Shown: positions 1 to 9,505, counted from the stretch's first letter. The stretch: 64,000 nucleotides of DNA from an uncultured Clostridia bacterium (GCA_947623225.1 CANQGO010000002.1:16714-80713); one strand, 5' to 3'. Numbers and translations: made by a program. The notes: generated by a model not told the origin, from the letters alone.

Positions 1-556
1 TATCGCCCGCCTTGAATGGATACACGGGCGCGATCGCTGTCAAAGCGTCATACTCGTACAGTGCACCTTCTCTTGTCCATTGGTCAATCTTTTCCTGCGT
101 AGGGACTATTTCGTTGCCGTAACTGTCCGTGCTGAAATCTTCCGTTTGATTGCGCCACAGTGCTTTCATTCCGGAACGCTCGGAGACAACTTCTCCGTTT
201 ACAGTGATCTCCACCTCGCTGTCGGAAAGACCATTGTGCAATATATACCAATCGGCATATATAGCCAGCTTATCAGCAGCGTCCAACGTCACCGTGTAAG
301 TAACGGTGTCGCCCTCATCCAAGCGTACGGCTTCGTGGTCATATCCGTGCAGATCTGCCTGTTCTGTCACCTTGTCGCCCGTAGTTTCGGATTCATTGAC
401 AACGGCGGTGACCTTCTGATTGGTGGCGGACTGCTCGACCGATGAAAAATCTCCACTCGCGATGGAAAAATCGTATGCCTCACCCTTGCACCCCGCCAAA
501 AGGACGGTCGCCAATGTCAATATCAGAGCGAATACTACGATCAATGCTTTTTTCAT
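1..556 (-). CDS. Lipoprotein of unknown function (5' end complete, 3' end runs off the window)
   Basis: This gene is absent from the ORF track because it has no stop inside the window. The reverse-strand ATG at 556-554 gives MKKALIVVFALILTLATVLLAGCKGEAYDF, with a KK n-region, a hydrophobic core and an LAGC lipobox. The frame stays open for 185 codons to position 2 (ending YEYDALTAIAPVYPFKAGD). The + strand ORF 80..445 is its antisense shadow. Confidence 0.7.
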   Translation of the reverse strand, partial: MKKALIVVFALILTLATVLLAGCKGEAYDFSIASGDFSSVEQSATNQKVTAVVNESETTGDKVTEQADLHGYDHEAVRLDEGDTVTYTVTLDAADKLAIYADWYILHNGLSDSEVEITVNGEVVSERSGMKALWRNQTEDFSTDSYGNEIVPTQEKIDQWTREGALYEYDALTAIAPVYPFKAGD

Positions 557-650
557 AGTGTTTTCCTTATTTTTTAATGTTTTTAGCAATTGTAAGCGAA
601 CTCAACTCTGCGAGAAAGAGTCGTAAACATCTTTACGACTCTGCTCCATG

Positions 651-2093
651 TTATTTGTAAGTATCACCGTATTTTGCGACGGCATTTGAATATTGTTTGT
701 TCGCCAATTCATTGCACTTCGTGGCGTGTTGCGTATATTCGACGTCGCTTATACCGTTCCAGCAAGCGTCAAGGAATTGTCCCATATTGGCATTGGGCAC
801 TGTCTGCTCTCCGCCGTCCGTCATCACAGTGACAGACAATCCGGTCGTAGCATTCCATCTTGCTCCTTGATATCCGGGTACGATCTTGGTGGGCTCCATG
901 ACGGCCTTGTCAAGTTTGTCATACATTTGCTCCACGCCGTCGATGGGGAATATAGCGAAGAACTTCTCTACCGTTGCCTCATCAGTGATCATGGGAAGAG
1001 TATTGGGGACCTTCTCTGCGTCCTTTGTGCTCGACTTTGCCAGTTCTATACGTTTGGCAATTCCTTCCGGGCCATAGCCCATCCACTTTGCCAACTCAAA
1101 TGCAAGTTCGGGATCCTTTGTTCCCTTATATATAGACGTGTAGTCGGGGATCAATATGGAGAAGCTATCCGTGCGCTTATGCTCGCTGGTAGATCCCGCC
1201 ACATAGGGGAGCCCGATAAAGCGAATTTCAAACCCGTTGTGAACTTTATTGTACATATCGGGTGCTTCGTACGTGCTGCCGTAACGGAATGCTATTTGAC
1301 CTTGGTTAAATGCATCTGCGATCTCGGCACCGCTGAAGTCGGCTGTACGCTCATCCGCCGTAAGCGAGTCATACGAATAATGGCCGTGACGTATCTCTTT
1401 AGTTTGAGCAATACCGGCCTTGAATTCCTCGCTGTCAAGGTGATACTGGCTTCCGTCCCACGTAAACATACCGTAGTCCGAATTGTATGCGGAGGGATAC
1501 CACTCAAGGAAGGAATCTTCCTTATTCAGTGCCACCGCTCTTGTTTTGGACTCGGAGTCTACCAATTTGATTTGCGGAAACGTGGAAATCAACCACTCAT
1601 AAGTAAATTTATCTGATGAAGGCAACGTTATATTGTTCTTCTTGAGCAGATCCACATTTACAAAGAAACCGTTCATATGCATTGCAAAAGGTATAGCGTA
1701 TATACCGCTCTTGTAGTGTGCGGATTCTTCGAGTGAAGCGGGGATTTTTTTCCAATCGCTGTCGGCTTCGGCAAACTCTTTAATATCCAGTCCGTATTCG
1801 TTTACCAAAACATAGTTGAGGTTACTGATCATAAATACGTCAGGTGCGTCACCGCGCGCTATTGCTGCCTTGATAGCATCATCATATCCGACAGGATAGT
1901 TCATTCTTTTGATTTTTACGTCGTGTGCCTCTTCAAATGCCTGAAGCATATACTCTTCCACCGTCGGTTCCGTTTCGGTACCGAGGTTCCAACAAGCGTA
2001 CGTGAGATCATACTTGTCTTTGCATGCAGTAAAGAGTACGACCGTTGCCGTAAGTACGAGTACCAACGCCAATACGATAGCTAATCTTTTCAT
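651..2093 (-). CDS. ABC transporter extracellular solute-binding lipoprotein (sugar type, family 1-like)
   Basis: The ORF track gives 651..2180. I start the gene at ATG 2093 (MKRLAIVLALVLVLTATVVLFTACKDK, a signal peptide plus FTAC lipobox), with GGAGGA at 2100-2105 on the coding strand. Its ~480 aa length and composition are typical of carbohydrate SBPs. It sits directly downstream of the GH94 gene. Confidence 0.8.
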   Translation of the reverse strand: MKRLAIVLALVLVLTATVVLFTACKDKYDLTYACWNLGTETEPTVEEYMLQAFEEAHDVKIKRMNYPVGYDDAIKAAIARGDAPDVFMISNLNYVLVNEYGLDIKEFAEADSDWKKIPASLEESAHYKSGIYAIPFAMHMNGFFVNVDLLKKNNITLPSSDKFTYEWLISTFPQIKLVDSESKTRAVALNKEDSFLEWYPSAYNSDYGMFTWDGSQYHLDSEEFKAGIAQTKEIRHGHYSYDSLTADERTADFSGAEIADAFNQGQIAFRYGSTYEAPDMYNKVHNGFEIRFIGLPYVAGSTSEHKRTDSFSILIPDYTSIYKGTKDPELAFELAKWMGYGPEGIAKRIELAKSSTKDAEKVPNTLPMITDEATVEKFFAIFPIDGVEQMYDKLDKAVMEPTKIVPGYQGARWNATTGLSVTVMTDGGEQTVPNANMGQFLDACWNGISDVEYTQHATKCNELANKQYSNAVAKYGDTYK

Positions 2094-2125
2094 GTCTGTC
2101 CTCCTGTTTTTACTTTTATTGATTG

Positions 2126-4474
2126 CTACTCTATTTCCAATTCTACGGAATGTTCTCCGGGACCGAGATCCGGAACACATCCGTTTGTAACCTGACCGTC
2201 CACTGTAAGCAGTCTGCGTCCTGTACGCCTAACGGTGATATCGTAAACAGCACCTCTGAATGTACGTCTGTAACGATATCCTTGCCAACTTTCGGGAATA
2301 CACGGTTCTATGACCAAGCCCGTATAGGTGGCACGCACGCCGAGGATCCAATTGACCGCTACCCTGTGCAACCACTGCGCCGAGCCGGAGTACCAACTCC
2401 AACCGCCCTTTCCGAAATACGGAGAAATGGGACCGTCACTGTTGCCCGGCAGAACGTACGGTTCCGACTTGAACGAATCTATGTCCTTGCCCCTATTCGG
2501 AGGACAAAGTCCGCTATAAGCCCGATATGCCAGATCAGATCTGCCCATCAATGCTTCTGCCCATACAGCCCAAGTCGCAGCATGCGTATATACTCCGCCG
2601 TTTTCGCGCAATCCAGGCGCATAACGGGTAATATAGCCGACTTCTCGGTCGGGGGAGCAATACTCCGGAGACAGCAATAATGCGCCGTGTTCCTTAAGCA
2701 AATATTTTTCCACCGATTTCATGGCTTTTTGCTTGCGTTCTTCGGTTGTAATATCGCTTATGACCGCCCATAGCTGAGGATTGAGGAAAATTTGTCCCTC
2801 CGAGTTGTCCTTGCTGCCAAGTTTTTCGCCCAAGTCATTGGTTGCTTGCAAGAACCACTCTCCATCCCAGCCGTATTTATTGAAATCGTCCCTGAGTCTT
2901 ACGGCTCTGTCTTTCAATAATTGGCAGAATTCGTTATCTCCGTGCTCGGCAGCAACAGGTGCAAAACGAGTAATTATATAGTAGAGAAACTCCGCCACCC
3001 AAAAGCTTTCGCCCTTCATCGCATGTCCTACGGCAGATAGTCCGTCGTTCCAGTCATGGGCACCCATAAGGGGAATACCACGCTCGCTGAACATGCCGAG
3101 ACTGTGATTTATCGCCGCCTTGCAATGTTCATATATTGTTGCGCTACCGCCGTCCAACCATATCGCTTCCTTGTCGAGAATATCACGGTTGCCCACTTCT
3201 TCCATGTAGCACAGCACTGCAAACGGCAACCACAGGAAGTCATCCGAGCAGGTCGTACGCGGCCCCGCGCCATTGTATGTAAGCCACCAATGCAATACAT
3301 CTCCTGCGCGGAACTGCTTGGTAGCGTGCAGCAATATCTGTCTTTCCGTAATAGACGGATCCGTTTCCAACGCCACAAGACTGTCTTGCAACTGATCGCG
3401 GAAACCTATGCCGCCACTTATCTGGTAATACGCTGCCTTCGCCCACATACGGCAGGACAACGCCTGATATTTGCACCAATAGTTGGTCATGACATCAAAT
3501 GCGGGGTCGGGAGTATCCGCATGCTCTCTGTCACACAACTCCGTCCAATAGTCGATCACGCGCCGCAATTCCGCCTGCGCCTGCTCCACACGCGTAGAGG
3601 CAGCAAGAGAACGATATTCCTCTTCTCCTTTTCTGGCAAGCCCTATGGAAAAGCACAACGTCGCACTGCCATAAGCGTCAAGATCCACATCCGCGCGCAA
3701 GGCGGCTACAGGATCTCCGTATCTGCCGCGGCTGCATGCAAGTCTGTCTTGAGACATTGCCGCAGGATCCGCCTCGTCACGATACATACCCACAAAGGAT
3801 TCTTTGTCCGTATCAAAGGACGACGGCGATTCGGAACATGCGAAAAATGCGGTGTAAGGATAGTCATCATTGTTATAACGCCCCTTTTCATCAGGGAAAC
3901 CCCACAGGCACTTATTCGCTACGACAGCGTGAAGACCGTCGTCATATTCCATGTCATAAAACAGACGCTGGAATTCTCTGTGCGTATCATAAGCGATGCC
4001 CAGTGCCCACTCGAAATATCCTGTCACGTCCAACTTGCGGTGACGATCCGTAAGATTTTTCAACGTCAGCAGCGCATACTCCATAGGCTTCTCGCGAGCC
4101 ACAAATACGGTGAGCGTGCTCTCGACACCCTCCGTGGAGCGTACAAACGTAGAATATCCCAAACCGTGACGCACAGTATAGCTATCGACGTTGCCTTTGA
4201 CCGGATTGAGCGCGGCACTCCAGAATCGTCCGCTTTGTTTATCGCGCAAATAGAAATATTTGCCCCAATTGTCCTTAACTATATCCTGATACAAGCGGGT
4301 GATACGATTTTGCTCAGCATTGCCACGGAAAGAAAATCCGCCGCCCATCTGAGAAACCATCATGGAATAGTCGCCGTTGCTTATCACATTGATCCACGGT
4401 CTCGGAGTATATGGATCGGTAATCACGAACTCTTTGCCGGATTCGGAAAAGAATCCGTATTTATTATTCAACAT
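2126..4474 (-). CDS. GH94-type glycoside phosphorylase (cellobiose/chitobiose/beta-glucan phosphorylase family)
   Basis: The N-terminus YGFFSESGKEFVITDPYTPRPWINVISNG and the ~780-aa length match GH94 phosphorylases as I remember them. The likely start is ATG 4474 (MLNNKYGFF), but the ORF-track start at 4516 cannot be excluded. Confidence 0.8.
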   Translation of the reverse strand: MLNNKYGFFSESGKEFVITDPYTPRPWINVISNGDYSMMVSQMGGGFSFRGNAEQNRITRLYQDIVKDNWGKYFYLRDKQSGRFWSAALNPVKGNVDSYTVRHGLGYSTFVRSTEGVESTLTVFVAREKPMEYALLTLKNLTDRHRKLDVTGYFEWALGIAYDTHREFQRLFYDMEYDDGLHAVVANKCLWGFPDEKGRYNNDDYPYTAFFACSESPSSFDTDKESFVGMYRDEADPAAMSQDRLACSRGRYGDPVAALRADVDLDAYGSATLCFSIGLARKGEEEYRSLAASTRVEQAQAELRRVIDYWTELCDREHADTPDPAFDVMTNYWCKYQALSCRMWAKAAYYQISGGIGFRDQLQDSLVALETDPSITERQILLHATKQFRAGDVLHWWLTYNGAGPRTTCSDDFLWLPFAVLCYMEEVGNRDILDKEAIWLDGGSATIYEHCKAAINHSLGMFSERGIPLMGAHDWNDGLSAVGHAMKGESFWVAEFLYYIITRFAPVAAEHGDNEFCQLLKDRAVRLRDDFNKYGWDGEWFLQATNDLGEKLGSKDNSEGQIFLNPQLWAVISDITTEERKQKAMKSVEKYLLKEHGALLLSPEYCSPDREVGYITRYAPGLRENGGVYTHAATWAVWAEALMGRSDLAYRAYSGLCPPNRGKDIDSFKSEPYVLPGNSDGPISPYFGKGGWSWYSGSAQWLHRVAVNWILGVRATYTGLVIEPCIPESWQGYRYRRTFRGAVYDITVRRTGRRLLTVDGQVTNGCVPDLGPGEHSVELEIE

Positions 4475-4599
4475 ACAATATCGCTCTCTTTCAATAATTT
4501 CACAGTAAAACGGCATAATTCGCCTTTTATACCATTACAGATTTAGTGTAACACAACCAAAACTCCCTTTCAATACGACAATTCAGTTTAATTTGTCGA

Positions 4600-4614
4600 A
4601 ATTTCATTGAAATT
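4600..4614. promoter_or_regulatory. Perfect 7-1-7 palindrome AATTTCAtTGAAATT in the GH94/lacI divergent intergenic region (candidate operator)
   Basis: I read the palindrome directly and checked it by reverse complement. It lies 20 nt upstream of the predicted lacI-family -35 box. It lacks the central CG typical of LacI-family operators, so the regulator assignment is uncertain. Confidence 0.3.
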
Positions 4615-4634
4615 GGCTGTGCTACATTGAATTC

Positions 4635-4664
4635 TTGACAAGAGCGGCAACGCGGTGATACAAT
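4635..4664 (+). promoter_or_regulatory. Sigma-A type promoter for the LacI-family gene
   Basis: TTGACA (4635-4640), an 18-nt spacer ending in TGa, then TACAAT (4659-4664), about 80 nt upstream of ATG 4744. Confidence 0.45.
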
Positions 4665-4743
4665 AAAACCATAGAGGTCGGAAGGAAAAAAGCAAAAACA
4701 TTGCAAATGGTTCCTTCGACGATCGCAACAAAGGAGTGGAAAG

Positions 4744-5682
4744 ATGATCACACTGAAGGATGTGGCGCAAAAAGCGAACGTTGCGGTATCCACAGTCAGC
4801 TACGCGCTCAACAACGATCCGCGCATACCTGACGAGACCAAGCAGCGCATTTTGGCGGCGGCACAAGAACTCGGCTATATGGGCAAGAGCGGACGAAAGC
4901 ACAATCATGTATATCAGCGGCAAATGGTGCTGTGCCTGCACTCTATAAGCGGTATCATTTATCCGGAAATAGTCAGCACCCTCAAAAGCGTTCTGAATGT
5001 AAGCAACTGCGAGCTTGTAGTGTATGTGGGAGAAAATATATCCAATCTGAAATGGATGGATGGTTTATTTGTTCTGAACAGCGGCGTACCCACGTCAGAG
5101 ATAAGAACTCTGACCAGTCGGCGCATACCGGTAGTGATGATGGATCGCGATGACGACGTAGACGGTGCGGTGAATGTCACGCTGGACAATTTCAAGGGCG
5201 GCTACGACGTGACTACCGCCATAATCAATCGCGGCGCGAAAACCTTTGCATTCGTGGGCGGTCCGAACAACTCTTCCGAGAGCCATGACAGATACGACGG
5301 TTTTTGTCAAGCCCTGATAGACAATCACTTGCAAAGCAACAAGACCGTCGTATTGCAGAGCGACTTCACCTACGAAGGGGGCATAAGCGTGTCGAGATTT
5401 TTACTGGAGAAGTCGGTCCTTCCCAACGCCATAATATGCGCAAACGACGAAACGGCCATGGGCATACACAATGAATTGATACGAAAAAATCTGGAAGGCA
5501 ATGTTTTGTTGGCAGGCTTTGACGGACTTGAGCCTCCTATACGCTTTCCGTATGTGACTGCAAAGGCGGAACGAAAACACTGGGGAGCCATAGCGGCGTA
5601 CTCCATGATGCAACTGTACGATCATTCATCCATGCCTGAGCAAAAAGTCAAGATACCAGTAGAAGTCGTTGAGTATTATTGA
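4744..5682 (+). CDS. LacI family transcriptional regulator
   Basis: An N-terminal HTH (MITLKDVAQKANVAVSTVSYALNN, QRILAAAQELGY) is followed by a periplasmic-binding-protein-like sensor domain. AAAGGAG lies upstream of the ATG. Confidence 0.9.
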   Translation: MITLKDVAQKANVAVSTVSYALNNDPRIPDETKQRILAAAQELGYMGKSGRKHNHVYQRQMVLCLHSISGIIYPEIVSTLKSVLNVSNCELVVYVGENISNLKWMDGLFVLNSGVPTSEIRTLTSRRIPVVMMDRDDDVDGAVNVTLDNFKGGYDVTTAIINRGAKTFAFVGGPNNSSESHDRYDGFCQALIDNHLQSNKTVVLQSDFTYEGGISVSRFLLEKSVLPNAIICANDETAMGIHNELIRKNLEGNVLLAGFDGLEPPIRFPYVTAKAERKHWGAIAAYSMMQLYDHSSMPEQKVKIPVEVVEYY

Positions 5683-5729
5683 TATAGAACTACCATATAA
5701 AGAATCCAATCATATAAGGAGATAACGCA

Positions 5730-7712
5730 TTGAAAAATCCGGATAAAAATGACAATTTACAAAAACTCAAATTGTTGATGGGCAAAGATTGTTGGCACAC
5801 CAACGACCTCGACGGCAGACTATACAGCGTCAAGGTGTCCGACGGACCGCTGGGACTGCGCACCCCGGCGCAGAAAGGCGATCACTTTGAGGACCAACCC
5901 TCCGTGGCCTATCCGTCCGCACAAGTTTTGAGCCAGAGTTGGGATGAAGAACTGGCTTATCGCCTGGGCTGTGCGTTGGCAAATGACGCCATCGAAAGAG
6001 ATGTCGACGTGCTGCTTGCACCAGGTCTCAACATCAAACGCAGTCCGCACTGCGGCAGAAACTTCGAGTATCTGTCCGAAGACCCGCTTGTGGCGGGTAC
6101 TCTGGGCAGGCAATATATACTCGGTCTGCAAGACAACGGCGTAGGGGCCACAATTAAACACTACTGCTGCAACAACGCCGAAAACAGCCGCATGTGGCTA
6201 AGCGCAGAGGTGGACGAGCGTACGCTCCGAGAAATATATCTACGTGCATTTGAGATCGCATGCGAAGCCCGCCCCATAGCGGCAATGTGCTCTTATAATG
6301 TGGTAAACGGAGTGCGTATGGCACAAAACAAAAAACTGCTGACACTGCTGAGAAAAGACCTCCGATTCCATGACGGATTGATCATGTCCGACTGGGGCGC
6401 AGTGACAGACGCCGCTGCTTCCGTACGCGCAGGATTGGATCTCATCATGCCCTACTCGGACAAATGCGAAGAGCAATTGCAGAAATCATACCTCGACGGC
6501 GAATTGACCGAGACACAAATAGACGATTGCGTCGATCGGGTAGTGAAATTTGTTCAAAAATGTCAAACTAACAGACAAAAACGACACACGACCATGTCTG
6601 TGGATGAAAGGCTTTCCGTAGCGCGTCAAATAGAACAAGAGGGAACAGTCCTGCTCAAAAACAACGGACTCTTGCCCCTCAAGCCGGACGCCAACATAAG
6701 CATAGGCGGAAACTTCGCCAATTGTTATATCAACGGCGGAGGATCCTCTTCTGTCGTGCCCGGTCGCACCCCCGTAACACTGCTTGACGCGTTGACAAAA
6801 GCATTGCCTCAAGGTACAGTTTCCTTCCGCGACCTGTGGGAGTACGGCGTATCCGAAGCACCGTTGCTGCAAATAGAAGACGCTTACGGCAAAGATGCAG
6901 CCATAATATGCGCCGGAATGCATGACTGTGAAGGCTTTGATCGTGTCTCTGCACGTCTTCCTCGTTCGCAAGAACAATTGATCAAGGAAACTTCACGCAA
7001 AAACCCGAACACCGTTGTCGTATTGTACTGCGGTGCTCCCATAGATATGTCCGAGTGGATAGACAATGTCGCCGCGGTTGTGTGGGCTGGTTATGTGGGC
7101 GAAGAAGGCAATCTCGCCGTAGCAGACGTATTAACAGGCAAAGTTAATCCGAGCGGCAAACTGACGGAGACTTTCCCTGTCGGCGAATATGACTATCCTG
7201 CGCACTACTGCTACAGCGACAGCACCGTCAGCGTATACAGCGACGCGTTGTTGGTAGGATATCGTTATCACACGACTGCAGCGCATACTCAACTTGCCCT
7301 CCCAATTCCTCAACCGAGATTTCCGTTCGGGTTCGGCTTGAGTTATTCGGAGTTTTCCTATTCGGATGCGACCGCACATATAACCGAAGATGGTGTGGAA
7401 GTTCGTTTCACAATAGACAATATCTCTGACCGTGACGGAACGGAAATAGCACAACTGTATGTGCATGAAGTGAATCCGCGTGTATTTCGCCCTTATTGTG
7501 AACTCGGTGCATGGAAGCGCGTAAACATCCTCGCCCATCAAAAAGCAACTTCGGCAGTAGTGCTACCCTGGAGAGCCTTCGCCTATTACTCCGTGTCGGA
7601 AGATCACTTCCTTGTAGAAGGTGGAGATTACGAGATATATGTAGGCACAAGTAGCGTTGATACTCCGCTCCGCGTCAAAGTCCGTCTTCCGCGCAAGATA
7701 TTACCACTGTAA
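5730..7712 (+). CDS. Glycoside hydrolase family 3 beta-glucosidase-like enzyme
   Basis: TTG start at 5730 with AAGGAG at 5716-5721. Motifs include KVSDGPLGLR and the nucleophile region GLIMSDWGA, plus a C-terminal fibronectin-like region (FGFGLSYSEF). Confidence 0.9.
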   Translation: MKNPDKNDNLQKLKLLMGKDCWHTNDLDGRLYSVKVSDGPLGLRTPAQKGDHFEDQPSVAYPSAQVLSQSWDEELAYRLGCALANDAIERDVDVLLAPGLNIKRSPHCGRNFEYLSEDPLVAGTLGRQYILGLQDNGVGATIKHYCCNNAENSRMWLSAEVDERTLREIYLRAFEIACEARPIAAMCSYNVVNGVRMAQNKKLLTLLRKDLRFHDGLIMSDWGAVTDAAASVRAGLDLIMPYSDKCEEQLQKSYLDGELTETQIDDCVDRVVKFVQKCQTNRQKRHTTMSVDERLSVARQIEQEGTVLLKNNGLLPLKPDANISIGGNFANCYINGGGSSSVVPGRTPVTLLDALTKALPQGTVSFRDLWEYGVSEAPLLQIEDAYGKDAAIICAGMHDCEGFDRVSARLPRSQEQLIKETSRKNPNTVVVLYCGAPIDMSEWIDNVAAVVWAGYVGEEGNLAVADVLTGKVNPSGKLTETFPVGEYDYPAHYCYSDSTVSVYSDALLVGYRYHTTAAHTQLALPIPQPRFPFGFGLSYSEFSYSDATAHITEDGVEVRFTIDNISDRDGTEIAQLYVHEVNPRVFRPYCELGAWKRVNILAHQKATSAVVLPWRAFAYYSVSEDHFLVEGGDYEIYVGTSSVDTPLRVKVRLPRKILPL

Positions 7713-7771
7713 CCCTTTCGATGCATACGGCACACCAATAAAAAGATTTGAAATATACATTATAAAATAAT

Positions 7772-7803
7772 AAAAAACCGAGCGAAAAACGTTCGGTTTT
7801 TTT
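7772..7803. terminator. Bidirectional intrinsic terminator between the convergent GH3 and Fer4/TlpA genes
   Basis: Stem AACCGAGCG / CGTTCGGTT (9 bp, one G-U) with an AAAAA loop. An A-run lies on the left and T7 on the right. Confidence 0.75.
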
Positions 7804-7825
7804 GTTATTGTGGACGATGGGTGAG

Positions 7826-9502
7826 TCAAGCGTTGAGTGCTCGTTCCACTTGCTCGCGCAGTTCGCTTTCGGAAAGCTTGCCGTTGCGTATAAAAGCGAT
7901 CTTTCCGTCTTTGCCCACAATGACCGTCATGGGCCATGTACTGCGTCCGCCAAAAGCGATATACGTAAGGCAATCGTTGCCGTCTAATTCGTCCTGCAAG
8001 AAAATCATGGTATAATCGCGCCAACTTTCTCTGTCCTCGTAGCCATCGCGATCCCTACCGCTGATAAATCGAGCGACATCCCTGTCTGCCAATCCTTGCA
8101 CGCCGAGCACGTTGACTTGCGGAAATTCTTTGGCTATTTCGTTGAATCCCGGTATCTCCTCCACGCATGGACCGCACCACGTTGCCCAGAAATTCACCAC
8201 CGTGACTTCGCCGGAGTGCTCGCTCAACACAAATCTGTCTTCCAAAAGAGTATAAGCGTTCTTCTCGTCCGTTCCGTATATCCTCAGCGAGAAGTCCGGA
8301 GCAACGGACCCCACCTCTATAGAACCCGAGGAGGACTCCGCGAACACATTACAATACAATGCCACTCCCACCAACAGCGACAAAGCCAATATCCAGGCAG
8401 TAAGCTGTATTGCAAAACCTTTTGTCCGTTTTTTTCCGACTGCATCGCCGCTTGTCATAAGCGGACTGCCCTGTATATCCGATGATCGAATGGAGTTGTC
8501 CGTCGCGCTCTCGGAAGCATCACGAGTCAAAAACACGGAATGCCCCTCCTGAGCGGTACCCGCCTCGCATGGTATCGGCGTGGAAACGGAAACCTTAGCG
8601 TCGGCGTTTTCCTGACCGAAAAGTTTGGCACACTTCCAACCGATCGCTCCGGCAGGGCACACTGCTTTGCACTCGCCGCAATTGATACACTCATGATCTC
8701 CGACGCATTTGACGTCCATTTTACAATGTTGGACGCACAGCCCGCAATGCGTACATTTATCTTCGTTTACCTTGATGCCGAACAGCGCAAACTTGTTGAA
8801 AAATCCGTATATGGCACCAAGTGGGCAGAAAAATCTACAGAACGGGCGGTAAATAAACACGCTCGCCACCAAAAACACTATAAGCAGCGCAAACTTCCAG
8901 GTAAATATGCCTCCGAGCATGGCAAGCAAATTGCCACTACCCTGTTGGTTGACGGGGTTTATAAGAAGACCGATGCCACCGCCGAGCGTACCTGCGGGGC
9001 AGATATATTTGCAAAAAGCAGGTACCGCTATGGATTGTGCAGAATACATGATGGGTATGGCAATAACCATCATGACTAAAATGACATATTTGAGATAGGA
9101 CAGAATTCGCGTGGCGCGGCTCTTGGCGAGCTTGGGGGTCCGTACCTTGTATAGCAATTCTTGCCCAAGTCCTACCGGACAGAAAAATCCGCACACGGTA
9201 CGCCCAAACATGACTCCGAATATACCCAATATGCCGAATATGTAGTACGCGGAACTGTTCCCGGATGAGGCGAAAGCGTTTTGCAAAGCACCCAACGGAC
9301 ATGCCGCCACCGCTCCCGGGCAAGAATAGCAGTTCAATCCGGGGGCACAGACATATTTGGAATTGCCCTTGAAAATATCTCCGCTTATATAGCCTTTGAT
9401 ATTTGCGTTATACAGCAATGCGGTGTATATCTGAATAAGACGACGTTTTGTGGGCAAGTGGCCTACTATCCAATTTTTTATCTTTCCGAAAAACGCAGTC
9501 AT
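7826..9502 (-). CDS. Fusion protein: polyferredoxin-like 4Fe-4S membrane protein plus C-terminal TlpA/ResA-like thioredoxin domain
   Basis: The N-terminal multi-TM region carries NCYSCPGAVAACPLG, FCPVGLG, CKYICPAG and FFCPLG motifs. Two ferredoxin clusters follow (CTHCGLCVQHC and CINCGECKAVCP). After one more TM helix (AIQLTAWILALSLLVGVALY) comes a thioredoxin fold with APDFSL and FWATWCGPC. Confidence 0.8.
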   Translation of the reverse strand: MTAFFGKIKNWIVGHLPTKRRLIQIYTALLYNANIKGYISGDIFKGNSKYVCAPGLNCYSCPGAVAACPLGALQNAFASSGNSSAYYIFGILGIFGVMFGRTVCGFFCPVGLGQELLYKVRTPKLAKSRATRILSYLKYVILVMMVIAIPIMYSAQSIAVPAFCKYICPAGTLGGGIGLLINPVNQQGSGNLLAMLGGIFTWKFALLIVFLVASVFIYRPFCRFFCPLGAIYGFFNKFALFGIKVNEDKCTHCGLCVQHCKMDVKCVGDHECINCGECKAVCPAGAIGWKCAKLFGQENADAKVSVSTPIPCEAGTAQEGHSVFLTRDASESATDNSIRSSDIQGSPLMTSGDAVGKKRTKGFAIQLTAWILALSLLVGVALYCNVFAESSSGSIEVGSVAPDFSLRIYGTDEKNAYTLLEDRFVLSEHSGEVTVVNFWATWCGPCVEEIPGFNEIAKEFPQVNVLGVQGLADRDVARFISGRDRDGYEDRESWRDYTMIFLQDELDGNDCLTYIAFGGRSTWPMTVIVGKDGKIAFIRNGKLSESELREQVERALNA

Positions 9503-9505
9503 GAC

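Noticed and set aside
80-445. A 121-aa + strand ORF at the left edge.
   Set aside because: It is antisense to the better-supported minus-strand lipoprotein gene (signal peptide plus lipobox at 556) that runs off the window. Its sequence has no features.
3056-4546. A 496-aa + strand ORF. Similar very long ORFs occur at 16404..19100 (898 aa), 10055..11422 (455 aa), 39774..40859, 54306..55355, 57235..58209, 48350..49165, 693..1616 and 59189..60031.
   Set aside because: Each lies antisense to a gene with clear family motifs (GH94, MacB-like, AddA, UvrC, GltX and others). Their translations are low-complexity and Arg/His/Ile/Cys-rich, with no motifs. Long antisense frames are expected when the sense strand avoids TTA/CTA/TCA codons.
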